NCBI GenBank assembly: GCA_903860135.1
Contig: CAIOPG010000007.1
Span: 130,100 to 194,099, forward strand
Source: Candidatus Omnitrophota bacterium
Lineage (GTDB): Bacteria; Omnitrophota; Gorgyraeia; Zapsychrales; Fredricksoniimonadaceae
Direction of reading: 5' to 3'
DNA: 64,000 nt
Part shown: one piece after another, positions 60,644 through 64,000 of the stretch
How positions within the stretch are numbered: the first letter of the stretch is position 1
Layout of the letters: the number at the start of each line of letters is the position of its first letter
Notes under the pieces: generated by a model
Database searches by the model: none
Told to the model about the DNA's origin: nothing
Seen by the model: the letters and a program-made list of their open reading frames with translations, nothing else
Made by a program: the position numbers and the translations under genes

Positions 60644-61854
60644 ACAACAGGTATGCCATGCGGACAAGATCCGGCATTGAAGAAAATGAGGAAAAGTTTC
60701 TGGCACCTTACGCGATGCGGGCGTCAGGTTCCTGGGGGCGCCAGTTTCTCGAGGCGGAACATATCAGCCGGACATGTTTTCAGCGTGATCGCGACCGGGT
60801 GGTGCATTCGGAGGCTTTTCGTAAACTGGAATACAAAACGCAGGTATTTGTTGTTTTTGATAATGATTATTACCGCACGCGCCTGACGCACACCCTAGAA
60901 GTGGCTCAACTGGCGCGCAGCATTGGGCGTAATCTTTGTCTTAATGAGGATCTCATCGAGGCGGTTGCTCTGGCGCATGACCTGGGTCATTCGCCTTTCG
61001 GGCACGCGGGGGAAGATGTTCTTGACCAGCGGCTGAAGAAAGTAGGTCTCGACGGCTTCAATCATAATCAGCGCAGTTTTGACATTGTGACCAAGTTTGA
61101 AAAACGTTATCCGGCTTTTGACGGGCTTAATCTTACCGTCGAGGTTCTTGTCGGCATGCTCAAACACGAAACTCTTTATGACAAGATCGCCGGGACAAGC
61201 GTTATCGGGGATATGGATTTTGCGTGCAAGCTGAAAGAACGACCGTGTTCGCTCGAGGCGCAGGTGGTGGATAAGGCAGATTCGCTGGCTTATTTGAATC
61301 ATGATGTTGATGACGGGCTTACGTCGGGATGTATCCATGCGGAGGATCTTGCCGTTAGTGCGTTGTGGCGTCGCGCGGTCGAACAGATTAGCCGACCAGG
61401 ATTGAGTGATACGGACCCCATGTTCAAGTATCAGGTGGTGCGTGCTTTGATTGACATGCAGGTCAGGGATCTGCTCGAAGCAACAGCGGCAAGGCTGGAC
61501 GCTGTTGGTCCCAGCTCACTTGAAGCGTTTGCCAAAGATGCTGAAAAGGGCATGGTTAACTTTTCCGAGGCCATGTCCCGCGAGCGGCAGGAATTGCAGG
61601 ATATTATTTTTGAAAAGGTTTATCACCACTGGCGTGTGGAGCGCATGACATCTAAAGCCCGGAGGATCTTAAACGAGCTCTTTGATGTGTATCTGGACAA
61701 TCCCAGGCAATTGCCGTATGATATTTTTGATAGATCACGTTCTTTCTCCGAGAAGGAACTGTATGGTATTATTTGCAACTATATTGCAGCAATGACGGAT
61801 AGGGCGGCACTGGATGAGTATAAACGACTGTTCGAACCTTACAAAAAAGTATAA
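60640..61854 (+). CDS. dGTPase-like HD-domain triphosphohydrolase
   Basis: FQRDRDRVVHSEAFRKLEYKTQVF...HTLEVAQLARSI...HDLGHSPFGHAGE, 404 aa. Confidence 0.85.
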   Translation: MNNRYAMRTRSGIEENEEKFLAPYAMRASGSWGRQFLEAEHISRTCFQRDRDRVVHSEAFRKLEYKTQVFVVFDNDYYRTRLTHTLEVAQLARSIGRNLCLNEDLIEAVALAHDLGHSPFGHAGEDVLDQRLKKVGLDGFNHNQRSFDIVTKFEKRYPAFDGLNLTVEVLVGMLKHETLYDKIAGTSVIGDMDFACKLKERPCSLEAQVVDKADSLAYLNHDVDDGLTSGCIHAEDLAVSALWRRAVEQISRPGLSDTDPMFKYQVVRALIDMQVRDLLEATAARLDAVGPSSLEAFAKDAEKGMVNFSEAMSRERQELQDIIFEKVYHHWRVERMTSKARRILNELFDVYLDNPRQLPYDIFDRSRSFSEKELYGIICNYIAAMTDRAALDEYKRLFEPYKKV

Positions 61855-62884
61855 GCAGATCATCTCGGCGGTGCACATTGTTTACCGCTTGGTGAACTCG
61901 ACGCCGAATCTTAAGGAGCTTTCGCTTCGGCTGACGCGTCTTCTGTGCCAGTTCATCAAGGCGTCGTCGGCCGATATTTATTTGCTTGCACCGGACTGCC
62001 GGAAGCTCGTGATGATCGCGGCTTTCAACAATCAGATCAACTATATTGTCACCAAGGCCGCTGATCTTAAGAAGGTGTCTGCACGCGAAATGGGGGTCAC
62101 GCAGGGAGCATCTATTTTTGATCCGCGCATCATGGGGATGCCGCTGATCACAGATGAATGCATTGGTGCTATTATCATTAAGCGTAAGCCTGGCGAACCC
62201 CCTTTTGACGATTATGACCGCGAGATGTTTACGATCTTTGCTGAACAGTCCGTGACGGCCATAAAGAATCTCCAGTATTCGGAGCAGCAGCAAAAAATAC
62301 TGCTGGAAACGATGAAGCTTGTGCGTACGCTCCTCGAGAAACAGGGGGCGAGCTACCGTTCTCATAGTCCTGTTTATTTCAAGATCGTTAAAGCCATTGC
62401 CCAGGCGTTCCGTATGGATGCCGGGAGCATCAATAATCTATATTATGCCAGCATCCTGCATAATGTGGGGGCGGTGGATATTCCGTTTCAAATCCTGAAG
62501 AAAAAGAAACAGTTGTCGGCCGAGGAATTCAAAATTATCCGTGACTTGCCGCATAAAAGCGCGGAGTTTATCAAGCCGATCGAATTCCTTAAACCTATTC
62601 TTCCTATTGTTCTTTCCTTACACGAGAAATATGATGGGACAGGTTATCCCTCGGGCCTGAAAAAAGACCAGATACCGCTGGGGGCGCGGATCATGGCTGT
62701 TGTGGATGCTTTTGAAAGCATGGTGCAGGGACGCCCCTACCGCAAACGGGTCGCCGTCGACGTAGCCCTGCGGGAGGTTGCCTGTCACAGCGGTACGCAG
62801 TTCGATCCGGCTGTCGTGGCGATGTTCTTTAAATTGTCCCGGCAAAAAAAGATCAAAAACCTCTTGAGTGCAGCCCGTCAATAA
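61814..62884 (+). CDS. GAF-domain plus HD-GYP-domain protein (putative c-di-GMP phosphodiesterase)
   Basis: HD..H and HEKYDGTGYPSGL (HD-GYP signature); the N-terminal roughly 150 aa is GAF-like. The ATG overlaps the dGTPase gene by 41 nt, so the start is uncertain. Confidence 0.75.
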   Translation: MSINDCSNLTKKYKQIISAVHIVYRLVNSTPNLKELSLRLTRLLCQFIKASSADIYLLAPDCRKLVMIAAFNNQINYIVTKAADLKKVSAREMGVTQGASIFDPRIMGMPLITDECIGAIIIKRKPGEPPFDDYDREMFTIFAEQSVTAIKNLQYSEQQQKILLETMKLVRTLLEKQGASYRSHSPVYFKIVKAIAQAFRMDAGSINNLYYASILHNVGAVDIPFQILKKKKQLSAEEFKIIRDLPHKSAEFIKPIEFLKPILPIVLSLHEKYDGTGYPSGLKKDQIPLGARIMAVVDAFESMVQGRPYRKRVAVDVALREVACHSGTQFDPAVVAMFFKLSRQKKIKNLLSAARQ

Positions 62885-62902
62885 AACTATAATTAAGAAA
62901 TT

Positions 62903-63532
62903 ATGAATATTAACTATAAAGAATCCCAGGTTGATTTTCTTTCTCTGTCAGAAGGACGGTCGGATGACGCTATTCGTCCGCGTTACATGGCCGCCAGGAT
63001 AAGCCTGTCTCTGGAAAATCTTGTAATTTTAGCGATTGCAGCTATAATGTTTCTCATCTTTTCTTTTGCTTTGGGGATCGAACGCGGGAAAAGGACCACT
63101 TCAACGGTTTCTTATCCGATTGCTTCCGGGTTTGTCCCAGCTTCTGTTAAAGAAGCTGATCCGGCGGTGGTCGGCAGTGTCATTGGGGTGGCGGATGAAG
63201 CTCCAAGGGGCAAGGCGCAGACTAGTTCTTCGCGGGTGATCAATAAGGTCGTTGTTCCCCCTGTTGAAGTAAAGAAGTCTCCGGTTGAAACGGGGGCAAG
63301 TGGTGTTACGGGCGGCGCATATACCCTTCAAGTCGCCAGTTACAAGAATACTCAGCCTGCTCAGCGGGAGGCGGACAAGCTTAAGCAGAAGGGTTTCCGT
63401 GATGTGTATGTCCTCCCGAAGGGGGCGTATGTCATTGTTTGCGTCGGGAATTTTACCAGGAAAGAAGATGCCTCTAGCGTAAAAAGGCAGTTAAAGAATC
63501 GTTATCAGGATTTTGTCATTAGGAGATTATAA
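62903..63532 (+). CDS. SPOR-domain single-pass membrane protein (cell-division septal peptidoglycan binding)
   Basis: TM segment (LVILAIAAIMFLIFSFALG) and a C-terminal SPOR region (YTLQVASYKNTQPAQREADKLKQKGFRDVYVL...). Confidence 0.75.
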   Translation: MNINYKESQVDFLSLSEGRSDDAIRPRYMAARISLSLENLVILAIAAIMFLIFSFALGIERGKRTTSTVSYPIASGFVPASVKEADPAVVGSVIGVADEAPRGKAQTSSSRVINKVVVPPVEVKKSPVETGASGVTGGAYTLQVASYKNTQPAQREADKLKQKGFRDVYVLPKGAYVIVCVGNFTRKEDASSVKRQLKNRYQDFVIRRL

Positions 63533-63533
63533 C

Positions 63534-63791
63534 ATGTCGTTACATCCATCGCTTCGTGTTGACAAAGCCGGTGCTGCGCAGAGATCGGTGCTTACGCGTA
63601 TCGAGCGTATCAAGGAGATCATGAAAAAAGGGCAGTGGACGGATGAGAGTTCCGTTGTCAATCTACCCAAGGTCAAGAAATTGCGTGTTAAAGCTGGCAA
63701 GAAGAAGGCCAAGGAAGCTGCTGCGGGCGATGCGGCCAAGCCAGGCGCTAAACCTGCTGCGGGTGCTGGTAAAACAGCCGCGAAGAAATAA
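63534..63791 (+). CDS. small basic protein with an Ala/Lys-rich, histone-H1-like C-terminal tail
   Basis: AGGAGA SD 7 nt upstream of ATG 63534; tail reads KAGKKKAKEAAAGDAAKPGAKPAAGAGKTAAKK. Confidence 0.5.
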   Translation: MSLHPSLRVDKAGAAQRSVLTRIERIKEIMKKGQWTDESSVVNLPKVKKLRVKAGKKKAKEAAAGDAAKPGAKPAAGAGKTAAKK

Positions 63792-63813
63792 TATTATTCG
63801 GTAAGTTAATACC

Positions 63814-64000
63814 ATGATCTTACGTGTCGTTGCATCATTTGTTTTGGTGTGTTTTACCCTGATCGAGCCTGCGTTTGCGCAGGCTCGATTTCCTTTTACG
63901 GGACGGGTCAAGGCTGACCGGGTCCATGTGCGCGCTGGGCAGAGCAACAATTATGAAGAAATAGCTGTTCTCAACAAGAATGCGGATGTCGTTGTCCTTG
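63814..64000 (+). CDS. 5' fragment of a secreted protein (signal peptide plus SH3b-like start), truncated by the window edge
   Basis: MILRVVASFVLVCFTLIEPAFAQA signal peptide followed by RVKADRVHVRAGQSNNYEEIAVLNKNADVVV. Confidence 0.5.
   Translation, partial: MILRVVASFVLVCFTLIEPAFAQARFPFTGRVKADRVHVRAGQSNNYEEIAVLNKNADVVVL

Noticed and set aside
61769-62365. 198-aa minus-strand ORF
   Set aside because: Antisense to the GAF-HD-GYP gene and the dGTPase 3' end; no motif support.

Overview
The window is a single-strand (+) conserved core block, apparently from a deep-branching bacterium, with every supportable gene on the + strand. In order it carries nadD, a PMM/PGM mutase, a low-GC DUF4143 AAA+ ATPase insertion, plsC, a 909-aa mosaic exported protein of unknown family, stand-alone MnmC2, and a vapBC toxin-antitoxin pair. 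Then comes rpsA and tyrS, followed by an almost uninterrupted ribosomal superoperon: tRNA-Thr, rpmG, tRNA-Trp, secE, nusG, rplKAJL, rpoBC, rpsL-rpsG-fusA-tuf, S10/spc/alpha operons through rplQ. Downstream lie an aminotransferase, pilT, an NAD-IDH-like dehydrogenase, lipB with a free lipoyl-domain protein, and a glycolipid cluster (GT28, LpxL/PatA-family acyltransferase, GT2). After that come a TonB-C protein, a DUF1844 protein with a Cys/Gly-rich N-terminus, Trm112, an M24 peptidase, efp, accBC, Asp23/AmaP, pfkA, gmhA plus the rfaE2 domain, and a 141-aa ORF overlapping thiE in the +1 frame. The window ends with tRNA-Gly wedged against a LysM/M23 lipoprotein gene, a tightly coupled tricistron (Arch_ATPase/DUF234 ATPase, YfcE-like metallophosphoesterase, dGTPase-like HD protein), a GAF-HD-GYP protein, a SPOR protein and a small AK-rich basic protein. 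No CRISPR array, rRNA or transposase was seen. The most unusual signals are the ATPase-phosphoesterase-dGTPase operon, the compositionally mosaic 909-aa protein with an internal tandem repeat, the low-GC DUF4143 ATPase carrying a G9 tract, the 59-nt rpoC/rpsL overlap and the +1-frame ORF overlapping thiE.
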